A stretch of DNA of 64,000 bases, taken from positions 8,074,735 through 8,138,734 of the forward strand of contig NW_002060944.1 of NCBI RefSeq assembly GCF_000150275.1, written 5' to 3'. The DNA comes from Trichoplax adhaerens (lineage: Eukaryota > Animalia > Placozoa). The position numbers and the translations under genes were made by a program. Of the stretch, positions 24,823 through 37,760 are shown piece after piece. Under the pieces are notes generated by a model. That model saw only the letters and a program-made list of their open reading frames with translations, ran no database searches and had not been told where the DNA came from. Position 1 is the first letter of the stretch; every line of letters begins with the position of its first letter.

Positions 24823-27800
24823 ATGCCAAGATCACCTATGGAAGTACCCGATTTTCAAATTAACGATACCCCTAGAACGCCTAAGAGACGTCACAGTTGG
24901 CCAGCTATTTCCCATCGTTGTTGCAATTTAGCTTGTCAAGGCCATCATCATTCCATTTCGATGCATCCACGGCGATTAATTCGTCATCTATCTCATATTG
25001 TATCGAATACCAGTATTTCACACTCGCCTTTGCTTCGAGCAACATTACAATCCTTTTTATTAGCTATGCTTGCCACGAGCCAATTCATCAAAAAGTGGTC
25101 CATCATCATTATTCAGTACGCTTGGAAACAAATTTGTTTAAACTACGCCGCAGTCTCGGAAAGAGCTGATCTTGAAGGAAGTTCAGCCATTGATGATAAA
25201 TTTGCCGAACAACTTAAAAATGTACATTTTCGAAATTATCAGATTCGATTAGACAACGATTTATTTGGCAATCTTGTACGAATGCCATGGAGTTATATCT
25301 TTGGCCTGTTTGCTGTGGCCTACTTGACCATCAGTATCGTATTTACCATTACATATACAGTAGCGGACATCATCGATTTTGATCTTTCTTATACATTTTG
25401 GTATTGGCTAGTCTTTAGTTTATCAATCACAACATGCTTAGGCTCGGAAAACTTAGATCCTAATCGTGCTCATCTATTATTAATCTTGATTTCTAATTTG
25501 CAAGCATTTATCTCGCAAATATTGCTGGCTTTTGTTACTGGAATTGTTTTTGCTCGTTTCTCTCGACGACGATGTCAGATTCAATTTGCTGATAAATTAA
25601 TTATTAATTCGGTTGACGGAGTTGACTGTCTCCAAGGAAGACTAACACCCATTCGAGCACGATATGGTATCTTTGATTGCCATATAAAGCTATACCTAAC
25701 CAGAGGATATCGTACGAAAGAAGGAGAACATGGTATTCGAATTACGTAAGTCTTAGCTAGAAGGATAATTCTACTATTTATTACAATTTTTCGTCCATTT
25801 CCATCCCAGTAGAACTAATCTTTGACATATTATGAAATGTAATTAATCTTTTATATCTATCTGGTCCTGAATGACAAGATTAATTGTAATAAATTCTAGT
25901 ACGCTAATATGAAAGCTACTACTTGGAGGAAAGATCTTCTATACATGCGATCAATTTGCTCTACTCTTCATCGACTAACGTCATGAAAATAATCTCTTGC
26001 TTAATTAACATTACGACGATTTGTAGTGCACTATCGTACAAGTCAGAACGAGTTCAGCAATCCATAGAGGATTCTTAAGGAATAAACTAGGTAGATAAAA
26101 ACAAATTAATAGTTGACCATGATGGCAACGGCAATATTACGTCAATCTTTCATTATTTTCAATATCAACTAATAAAATTCATAACTAACATAAATATTTG
26201 ATGGGCATCATTTTTAAAGTAGGTTATGACTTATCGTGTGACAGTAAAAATTTCTTTGCAAGAGCTGATTAGAAATAAAGCTACACAGAAAATAGTTAAA
26301 GTGATTTACGGAGCTACAGTAAAGGGCAAAGCCTTATCAATGGGATTAGTTGAATAGTTATAATAAATGATAATAATGTTAGAAAACAGTATTTTGGCAA
26401 TATAAACGAACAAAATATCGCCCCTAAATTAGATAACAAAGCAAGAATATGTAATCAAAGATCTGAACGTATTGTTCTGGGTAATTTTATCTATCTTATC
26501 TAGATATCAGTAGTTTTTAATATGAAGTAATCGACTGTATACAGTAATTAATATCGAGTAAAAATTAAAAATTCTTCTTTACACTTTATCATCTCTTTTA
26601 TTGAATAATTATGATGTATCCAGATATGAATTGGCATACTTTTATCTTTATGCTAATCAATCGATACTGTCATAGATAGATGCCGGTAGCTGAGAGTTCT
26701 TAGGTATAAATGTATCTCTGGACGAGTAAAAATTGAACATTCTTCTCTATCATTCTATCATCACTTTTATTAAATAACTGAATGCATCCTGATATGAATT
26801 GGCCACGCTTTTATCTTTATAATAATCAACTGACTCTTCCATAGAGAGATACAGATAGTTGAGGGTTCCTATATACCAGTGGATCCCTAGACCAGTAAAA
26901 ATTGAAAATTCCTCTCTACGACTCCATCATCACTTCTATTATTGAATGGCGTATTCTTCAGATATCCATTGGCGCACTTTTAATTTTTATTCTAATCAAC
27001 TGATACTGTCATAGAAGGGTGTGGGTATTCGAGCGTTCTTAAGTATAAATGGACCCTAGTTCTTTACAAGAGAATCTTAATAGACTATAGATAATCTTAA
27101 TAATACAGTTCTACGACTTAAAATTGAGTACAGTAAATCAATGACGGTTATTGCTTGCCTACTGCTGTTATAGTCAAGGTGTTGTATTCAAAACACTATC
27201 ATTATAGTTCTCTAGTTTGGAGTAAATGTAGTATCTGCCTTCTATGTAAAAGATACATTAATAAACAGCGATCAAAGGAAAATTTTAACTAATATTACAG
27301 ACTTTAGCCTATATTGATCCATATTGATCCGTTAGCACTTTTCTGCTAGGTAGATATAAATAGAGACTACTTTTCACATCTTTATGCTAATCAACGTCTA
27401 TCGCAAGTTTGTAAGAAAATCAGTTCTTTAGTAAGAGGCCGATAATAAAAAGTAAGATGGTAGCATCCGTCCTTAGGGGACTAGTAGTGTCAAAGATACT
27501 ACATTTAGGCGTAGAATAGTCGAGTGCTATTAGTGAGTAATTTAGGGACGATAGCTGCTGTAGGCGATAATGTATGGCGCCTGGGTAGGCGGTGTCATGT
27601 ATTATGAGAAATGGAGCAACTAGCATATAATCAACTACAGTGCACTATAGGCGGTATCAACATATCTCAGCAGTTATAATGGAGGATATAAAAGACTGAT
27701 CCTTTAGGAGTACATTCAACCTGAGATCTAGCTGTGTGCCGATTACATGTCTAGGTTTTAATGCTATAATACTCAACAATAATTAAGTAATAAACTGCTT

Positions 27801-30800
27801 CTATCTGCTAATAATGGAAGATAATTTATTGAGAAACTTCTCTATGATAGAGATAGAAAATAGTACCGTACTAACTACAAAATTATAATTCATGAAAGTA
27901 AAGAGTGCATAAGCGTAAATGAAGCACTAATTTAGTGCAGGAGGACTTACTATACTGGAAAATTTTTATAACCACCGATACGCTTGAGTTCTAGCCTATA
28001 AACGTTGATATCTTGACTAGCGTTCTCGTCTGTACCACTAATTTATATATTGCAGTTGAATATAAAATTAATACTATTAAATATAGGGTCGCGGATCCCT
28101 TATATTAGATATATAAATATAGAATGGCTAAATTCCCATTTAGTTTGAGGAGACTAAAAGGAGTAAAATTAACCAGCTATTTTACTAATATCCATCTGTA
28201 GTAAAACTGAAATCAAGAAAATGCCAGTGGATAGGAACAACTAGTTATAGCAATATTTTAGGAGTCCAATGTCCAAGAAAGATAAACTAACAATTAACGA
28301 AAAGGCTTTACTTTTATATTGTATATTGATTCGTTGAAGGCTAGGATAGATGAAGTAATTCATGTAGTACTTGGTTAATTAAAGAGCAAAATCCGTACAC
28401 TTGTTGTATAAACTACAAGTCTTTAATTAAATATCCATCATTTTACGTTATTTAATTGAAAAAATAGGTTAGTAAACATCGATTAATCACTAGAGGATAT
28501 CTAATTCTTAGTTTAAGTGATAGAATACGTATATCAAAAACACATTATCTAAAAAGCTACTGAATTTTACTATACATTTATAAAAATACCAATATCTAAT
28601 TCTAATTTTAATTCGTTCAATATTAAAGTAAAATTGCAATATCTTACCGTATAAGATTGTGTTTGTTTAAACTTCTACAGCATTCTTTTCAATCTTCTGT
28701 CATATTATAGTAGAGTATTTTCAGTACCAAAATTAGTTGATTAATAGTGAGCCATTCCAGTAGAATCTCAAGAAAATAACACTGATCCTATCCTGTCATG
28801 GTTTGATATGAAATCGTGCCCCATATTTTCGATGAGAGATTACAGTAATTATTTATTGAAATGCAATTCTTTGTACACCCATACTATTGTCTATCAGATG
28901 AATAATAGTCAAAGCAATATCTAATTAGTCATCTAAAATTTATCTAAATACTCCAAGTACTACAATCTCACCATCTTATGAAATTACAAAAATTGGGCCG
29001 TCACTGTATTGCATAAACTATAGCCTCTATGGGCTAAAAAGATTGATATTAGCACGAAGATGCTAACTTTTTGAACAATAAGAATATTAGAATACTTTAG
29101 ATTGCTCTACTTGATAGTTACAATGAAGTCTTCTATGCAAAATTTCCAATTAAAAATTAGTCTACGTGACCTATAACAACTTTTCCAAGGTGATACGTGA
29201 CCATTAAAATCAATTTTACATTGCTCTGTCATTTAACCGTAAAGATGAGGAAATCAATTTGGAATTGCCAGCTAGAATGATCCTAGACAGGTTGTCATGT
29301 TCGAAATTGATCTGTTAATAAATGCACTTGAATTATCACAAATGAAGCCATATGGTTATTTTTATACTAACTGCGATAATGTAGTTAAATACTAGTAATA
29401 AGATTTTTAGATTGCAGCAAAAGTTCATATCCTTAAAGTAATCTCAGTCTGATAATGATTTCTTTCTACTCCTTTTCAATACAATCTAAACCCTCGTAAG
29501 CTATGCATTCACTACTATGTAGAACGAGTATATTTCCACTATTGAAGGTCATAGGCAGACTAGATGGTGCCCAGAAGGGGATCCCTTCGACGTGATAGGA
29601 AATCTTGATTACTCCTTTTTCCTAGAAGCAGGGTTTATAGGTCATCATATTATTATTAATTTACCAAATACGTGACCAATAAAATCATTTTGACCGCTTC
29701 CTGTTTGATCGCTTTGAGGATAGAAAATGTCAACGTGTGAAAGTAGAATAAGATTAGTTACTGTATAATTAATTACTCTAGTGCAGCTTGGAGTTTAACC
29801 TTAAATGAATTCAATTATGCTAAATGGAAAATTAGTAGTAACTATTCATATTAGTTCCAGGGGTACCAGTGAATCTGCAATCACGATTACCATATGCGAG
29901 AAAGAAAGATACAATAAGATTAAACAGTGTATAATTAATTACTTTAGTGCGGCTTGAAAGCTTAGCTCTAAATGAATTCAATTATGCTCAGCGAAAAACT
30001 TACAGTAACTTTTATTTCAGCTTCGGTGATAGTAGTGAACAAAAAATTACGGAAATCATACATGAGAAGGAAAGGCAAAACTTTACTTTCAATTAAATCT
30101 TAAAATCGTAATCACATTCTTCGAACTCTTTCCGTTGTTTCTCTAAGTTGTATTCTTAGTTTTAAAAATCTTGCATTAAGAAAGGTAGTATACGTTGATG
30201 CTATCATTAGATTATCCTAACCAGATTAGAGTATCGATATAGCTATTGCATATCAAATTACCACAATTGGATATCTTAAATTATTTCCAGAAACGAGTCC
30301 AAAGTCTATTCTATTAATATTAATTCGAGTAGTACGTGACTAGCGAATTAATTTTGGTATAATGTCTGAACTTTAATACATAGAGGGAATTAGTGGGAAT
30401 CATGAATAGATTATGTTATACGAGTTTTAGGAAAAATTGCCACAAAAGAGTGCACAAGCATTTCGCTCTCTAAAATGATCTAATGACTTTAAAATAATGA
30501 CATCTGATGAAATAGCATTTAACAGCTATAACCTGCCTATTTGGTCAATGATGAAAATTCAATATGAAAACGAAAGAAATATACCAATCCACTACCTGTT
30601 CAAAATAAAAATGATCTATATATTTCATTATAACATTTGCTGGCAGGTATCGCTTTGAATGTTATTTCAATATATATCTACTGCGAACAAAAGAAAATCA
30701 ATGCCATTAATAAATAATGCTTGATTACGATATAGAGATGAAACATTCCTGTATAAAATGGATATCATTAAGCACTCTAAGTGCTCCACCTATCCTGTAT

Positions 30801-33015
30801 GTGGGTCCATGGTCAATTTATATCAATTTGGCAGACTACATGACTGTTAACTTATAAAGCCATTTCGCCATATTGTCTCTACATAATGATAGGCGATTCC
30901 AAAAGAATCATTCTATATTATTTGGCATGACTGTAATATTAAGGAGGGCTATCCAAATTACTTGCAAAATAACTTGATATCATGTAACCCAATTTAGTGG
31001 CTGGTTTATGTCAGTTTCAGAAATACTAACATTTGCAAACAAGAACAATACAATATGAAATTGAAAGGAGAATAACAGGAGCATATTTAAAATATCATAA
31101 AATTCCCAATATCATGTCTATTTCTGACAATAGCGTGTTGTTAATATAAATTAATTACGGTTCAACTATATTGTGGATATAAATATGCAAGGTATAAAAT
31201 CGATGAAATTAGGTATTTAATATAGTTTATTAGTATATTTGAACCCTTTATAGTAGTATTTCGTCTCAAAATCGCCTATTCTAAACTAAAGTAATCAATC
31301 TACTAATGTTATATGGTATGACAAGCTTCTGCGTTGCTTTTTGAACCCTATTGAATGCGTGAACTCTTTTTCAGGTAGATGTAATTTATCTTCCCTTAAT
31401 TTGCTTCATCAAAAAGAAATACTCTTAAATTTTGAGGATCTCAAATAATCAGAGCTCACTCTACTCCATTTTAAAATCACTAGTTGATTGGATGGACAAG
31501 TTTTATGCCGCAATTTAAAATAGTATTAATTAATAAAAACATTCCACGGATCCAATCGTACAAAGATCTATTCAATTCACTCAATACAATTACTTTTTGC
31601 TCTTTACATGGTATCCCTAATGATCGATAGCCCCTTGGAGTATAAATTCTTCTTTAATTATCTTTATGAAAGCCTTCTAAATCGTTTTACATTCAAAATT
31701 GTTAGTTGCAAATGGAGTCACGTAGTAGAAGGAAAGGAGATTTTAGGTCACGTACCATGTGACACCTAGTGGGATAGAATTCATCGTTTTGTCACCTCAA
31801 GGCTTAAATGGCGTGAATTCTTTTCCATGAATAGACAGTAATTGTAATAGTAGCCTTACTTGTACACTATTACTTCACTGAATCACTACGAAAATGATTA
31901 GGGACAATGAAGATTGATCATGATGTATATCCACATCTCTTTCCATAGTTATTCTTGTTTTATTTCGGGTATCTTAAGTTAGTAAGAATATTACTTGCAT
32001 GTATAGTACAGTAACAGTATAACTGGAATAAACTATCAGTATACTTACAGGAAGTGAAAGCTAAAACTGACTACAATATTCTATCATCCCTAGTCGATTT
32101 CGTTCCTTCATTTAGTCATTCTACTGTTTATTACTGGTATAGATTAAACTACTAATATTCTAATAGAGTAACGGAACTTAACCAATCGGACTATTCCATC
32201 GTTATATATTTATTTTCTCTTTTAAGCTTCTTGATTTAATATTGTTAGACTAACTAATTTTTCAACTCAGTTGCAATGCCGATTGTAAGTTAATTCAGGT
32301 ATAGCTAGAATGGATTATCAATTTCTATTAAAGTATCAAAGATTATAGGCTGCTAGTTCCAATGCCACTGATAAATTTGAGCGATGATAAATAGTTACCT
32401 TCAGTCATTGCAATTGCTTATATCAAACTGAGATCTAGACTGAATTAATTTATGAAACAATTTATCTAGCTTATATTTATAACTAATCGACGGGGAATAT
32501 GAAAACATAAAGTAATGAAATATTATTTTAATTGATATCAACCTAGGCAGCTACCTTTAGTTAGTGATAACTTCCCTATTCTTGCATTGATGGTCAAGTT
32601 TACCCATCGACTAGATGAAATGAGCGAGCTTAAGAAAGCAATGATGGATCCTAATGAAGATTTTGGGTTAATGGACACTATCACCGGTGCTGATGCTTGC
32701 ACCTTAAATCCAGTTTTGGACGTTGGCCGATATCGTCATGAAGATATCATAAGGTGCAATCTTTTTTACTATTTACTTCGTCAATTTGAAGCATGATGAT
32801 AGTATTACCTAAACTAGGTGAATTATATACGGTTGCATTACTCTAAATAGTTCGTTATATAATTATCCATGTCTAGGAATTATCATTTTATTGATATGAT
32901 AGAAAGAATACGCATTGAAGCCGACAGCAATGATCATGAACTTTACGTGGATTTTAATAAATTAAACCAAGTTATTTCGCTAGATAAGGCGGAGGAAGAA
33001 TTAGCTACTGATTAA
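24823..33015 (+). CDS. Kir-fold channel-like protein, copy 3 (422 aa), filter TCLGSE; exons 24823-25745, 32547-32753, 32877-33015 (6.8-kb intron 1)
   Basis: Exon 1 ends AC|GTAAG at the paralogous position. The next paralogous exon 2 (QLPLVSDNFP...HRLDEMSEL...TGADACTLNP, 207 nt) and exon 3 lie 6.8 kb downstream, in frame with no stops. Confidence 0.85.
26555..27058. repeat. Tandem repeat, ~168-bp unit x3, in Kir copy 3 intron 1
   Basis: agtaaaaatt.aa.attc...catc.ct..tatt...gatat..attggc...ctaatcaa..gatactgtcataga starts near 26555, 26723 and 26892. Confidence 0.85.
29762..30075. repeat. Tandem duplication, ~166-bp unit x2, in Kir copy 3 intron 1
   Basis: tgtataattaattact.tagtgc.gcttg...taaatgaattcaattatgct at 29762 and 29928. 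Confidence 0.8.
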
Positions 33016-33523
33016 ATAGAATCACACTTTTTATCATTCACAAGTTAATTATTCCAGTTTTGTCTTTATGAAATGCTAAAATAACTTAATCACATCGACA
33101 TGTAGCTTAAAATCATAGCTTAATCTAATAATTCAAACAACGGACAGAAAAACTTTTCTGCTCTTAGTTACTTTAATACTCTTTGTTTTATCCTAGATGA
33201 ATAATTTTTAGTAAATCATTACTCTATGAAATTCTTAACATTAATGATGTTATTGCTCTCAATGCTCTTATATGCTCGTATAACCAACATGCGAAATCAT
33301 CGAAACTAGTGGCAATGGAGACTAACCATATATTAAACATGGCATAAAAGACAAAATTCACTTAATCTTGATGAAAATTGCTGCTACGGAGATACAATGC
33401 TACATGCTCATCTTACACAATCATCGCGTGTAATACTTATAGATTAAACCTATCTTTGATTAGAGTATAGATAGTAGTAACAATATTTATAGCGATTTGA
33501 GTAATTAAATTAGCAAGATTAGT

Positions 33524-33903
33524 AAATTGAGCTAATCAGTAGATAATTAAGACGATGGAATATTACAAAGTTATGGCCTATTTAATCATTTCATCTCCTA
33601 CAAGCATTATTAATCAAATTCGGTTTAGTTACGTCCTTAAAAAAGAAATATAAGACTTTTAATACAACAGAATGTTTAGTCGTATGGTAGTCAGACCACC
33701 ATAAATTAGCCAGGCAAATTGAGATAATCAGTATGCAATTAAGACGATGAAATATTACAAAGCTATGGCCTATTCAATCATTTTATCCCCTACCAATATT
33801 ATCAATCAATTTCGGTTTGGTTACATCTAACAAACAGAAGTATATGACTTTTAATGCAGTAGAATATTTAGTTCTTATGGTATTATATGGTACTCGGACC
33901 ATT
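33524..33903. repeat. Tandem duplication, ~192-bp unit x2
   Basis: aaattgag.taatcagt...aattaagacgatg.aatattacaaag.tatggcctatt.aatcattt at ~33524 and ~33716. Confidence 0.85.
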
Positions 33904-36221
33904 ATACAATCCAAATATGCTGTTACGTCGCTCTATGCAGTTTTAATGCAATAGTATAAATATATCCTACAAGTAGACGCTTATATTAACGGTATGCAAA
34001 GGTATTACCAAGGTTCAAATAATATCCACCAAACTTTATTCAATAATCGTGCATTTAACCTATAGTCAGAAGTATAGATTGTTCTTTTAGCTGTCGCACT
34101 ATAAAATACTTTTAGTTACTGTAGTATTCCTGTCTCATCATTCTGTAGACCGCTAATATTAACGTAGATCAAGGATTGATATCTAGATAGGACTAGTGGA
34201 AGATAATTTTAGGTGATTGTCCGATTCTCTCGTACTGAATAGGCTGTTATTAACAAACAAGTTGATTACTAATCGATTTATACTGTGTTACCATTGAGTT
34301 GTTCCTCGTAGTACTAACATAGAAGTAGATTACCGATTGATCTTACTCACCAATTATACGTGGTGTAACGTACTAACGATAGCAATCTTGTCTGATAATG
34401 ATCATATTCCATTGCTCTATACTGTATGCTAATAATATTAATATGAATTGTACTATTAATAGGCAATAGTATGGAATTATAGCAACAATGATAATGTTCA
34501 TGATTAGTTCTAAATTCTTGTTATGCTATAACACTATTTCATCTCTCTACCGATGACTGATATTCGTGCAAGTTTTATAAATTATTGATAAAAGAATTTT
34601 GATAGTAGCTATATTTACAATTTGACTGTTTTCCTATCCTATTGTTTTAATTCTAACTAGATTGAACAATAATAATATCTAGTTAGATCATATTTCAATG
34701 CAAAAGATTCTATAGCTAATTAAATCAAATTTCCTTGCCATGGAAACTAACTTAACAATTAGCCCAATATTATATGCTATCAATCAAATTAATCGATTCA
34801 CTGCCTAATATAAATAAATTTAATCCAATGTATCTTTATAGTGTTAATAATATGCAGGCTGTCCTAAAGTGACAATTGATGTTAACATTATTTCCAATTC
34901 TTTCATTTGTTACAGTATCTGTACATATATAGAATTTAATCTGTAACTTACACAATTGTTGGCTTTGCAAGAGTGATAGAGGTCTAGCTACCAACGGAAA
35001 TGAAAATGTAATATAATACTTTGCGATATGAATTTATAGACTTTACCCTAAAAGATATACCGACAATATCGATGATCTTAACGGTCAGAAATTTGAATAG
35101 TAAATTGGTTATAACGATAGGATATCACACTTTTACAGTTAATTTTTGAAATTCTTTTAGCAGGAGCAGTTTATCAATAAACCATCATCAATATAAGCCT
35201 CTATTATAATATAAGGTGATTGTATATAATCAAAAACTAGGGCCTTGATTAATACTGAATCTTTAAATAATCATTCTATTTATAGTTAATGTCTTTAGAA
35301 AATAATACACATGTGCATCGGACGACATTTCGCATCTAAGTTTGATTTAATTTCATAACTTAACGTTCATTATGCAATAATTTAGTGATGACAGAATGTT
35401 AATTTCGAAGCTAGCCATAAAAACTCAATATGTCATGCTTATAAGAAATTAAATTTGAATTTAAAAGTGGATTAATGATAACTTATACCGTAGTAGAGAG
35501 CTTGAATCATGAAACGGAGATGTAGTTCAAAATAAAAAGATTTACCAATGTTACTACACGATCACTAAACTCCATAGATAGACGAGAAAATCGAAACTAA
35601 TATAGTAAAAGCCAGACGATAAGATAGTATAAGTACAGGATTATAAATCAGACACTAATATCAAAATTTTAATTCTACAAATCTGTAGGAAGGAAAAGTA
35701 AAAGACTTCCTCTTCCTTCGACATCATCAATCCTGATTGTCCTATATGAAATGGATATAAAAATCTCATAATTTCATCTGATTATGCAAATAAGGTAGAT
35801 AATTCTGACTACTATTTATATGAGTCCAATTATATTTTCATTAATATATCCCGAGACGAAGCCTTGATCATTAATTACGTCCATAGTTATTATTGTATCT
35901 AATTTCTTATGAAAGGTTCTGATTAATTAGCCCAATTATTCCATGCAGACAATCAATTATTTTCTTGACTATAACTAAGTTTGATTCAATATATAGGAGT
36001 CCAAGCTAAAAGTATTGCTGATAAGTACTTTTGAACTACATTACCATTTAGTACGGTACCAGTTACATCGAGCTATTAGTAAGTAAACGGGTTGTTGATT
36101 TATCTAGTATCTTACTATGTGCCCATCATAAAAATAGCGTAGACAATAACCAAACATCCCTTACTGACCATTGCTAACTATAGAACACCTGGACATCCAT
36201 TTTCTTTCAAATTCTGTCTCC

Positions 36222-37760
36222 ATGGCTTTTCAAAATGCTCAAGATATCAAGAATGCCGCAATACAAGAACGTCGACATAGCTGGCCACATCAGCCAAGGA
36301 TGATGTATCCTAACTTTAGCTCAAAAAATAGCTCAAGGTTTAATTCACTATCGTATCTACGACGATTATTTCGCCGGATATCTCGAGTTATTGCCGATAC
36401 TCTAATGCAACCTAATCTTCTTTGTATGACCGTCAATGCAATTCCGTGGATGATACAATCACTCTATCGATGGATCAAGAAATGCATCATCTTCTTATCT
36501 TTATATCTATGGGATTGTGTATGCTTAAACTATATCAGGGCTTCAGAACGTGCTGATTTAGATGGAACTTCGGCGATGGATGATTCATTAGCGAATAGAT
36601 TAAAAAATGTCCATTTTCAAAATTACCAAATCCGCTTAGATTATGATCTATACGGCAATATTGTACGAATGCCATGGAGTTATATTTTCAGCCTCTTTGC
36701 TATGATCTATTTAGTTACTAGTATCATCTTTACCTTTGCTTATGTTTGTGCCGATTTAATTGATTTTGAACTTGGTTATTCATGCTGGCATTGGTTAGTT
36801 TTTAGCCTATCGACCACTACATGCTTAGGTTCCGATAGTCTGGATCCTGATCAAGCTCATCTTTTATTAGTTTTGTTAGCTAATTTACAAGCTTTCATAT
36901 CTCAGTTATTACTAGCATCGGTGACTGGTATAGTCTTTGCTCGTTTCTCACGACGACGAAGACAAATTCAATTTGCCGATAAATTAATCATCAATCGTAT
37001 TAATGGTGTTTCCTACTTGCAAGGAAGATTCACACCCATTCGACCAAGATATGGCGTATTTAATTGCATTATTCAGTTGTACTTAACTCGATCCTATCAT
37101 ACTGAGGAAGGAGAGAACGGCTTTAGTGTTCAGTAAGTGAATGCGGGTATTAGTTAGAACAATTCATTAAGGCCTATCCTTTCGATGTTGTTTTCCTTAT
37201 ACCCATTATCGATTAATATAACCTTGACGGATTCGATTATTGTTTTAACTCTATTCTCGATCATTACAGTGCATTACCGCTTGCTTGTGATACATTCCCA
37301 ATTGTGGCTATGGCGGTTAAATTTTCTCATCAATTAGATGATTCAAGTCTTCTTAGGCAAACCTTGACGAATTCATCGAAAGATTTTGGTCTAATCGTTT
37401 GTGTCATGGGTGCTGATGCTTGTAATATGAATCCAGTGTTTGATCTTATTCGATATCGTCGAGAACATATCGTCAAGTAAGACAAGAGCAATTTCAGTTG
37501 AATTTTACTTTGCAGTTTTGTGTTTTTAACATACATTCTAACATACTTAGATTCTGAAATAAATTCGTGCATTCATTTTCTTGCTGTTTATTCATTCTGT
37601 TGTCTATGCTTGCAGAAATGCTCGCTTTGCCAATATGGTAGAAAATATCTATTCCAAAGACAACAAAAAAGATGTTTATATCTTTTGTGATAAATTAAGT
37701 CAAGTCATACTGTTGAAAGATTATGAAACGGAAGAGAGTTCTGAAGGCAAAGAAATATGA
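36222..37760 (+). CDS. Kir-fold channel-like protein, copy 4 (420 aa), filter TCLGSD; exons 36222-37132, 37270-37476, 37616-37760
   Basis: The first ATG is at 36222 (the ORF-track start is a TTG). Paralogous motifs and phase-2 introns are present, and the frame is open to TGA at 37758-37760. Confidence 0.9.

Noticed and set aside
27420-27720. GC-richer patch with short ORFs in the copy 3 intron
   Set aside because: Multiple stops in the frames read and no recognisable motif; at most a decayed insertion.
29566-29590. TGGTGCCCAGAAGGGGAT resembling a tRNA primer-binding site or small hairpin
   Set aside because: No adjacent LTR end or gag ORF; the match is imperfect and could be chance.
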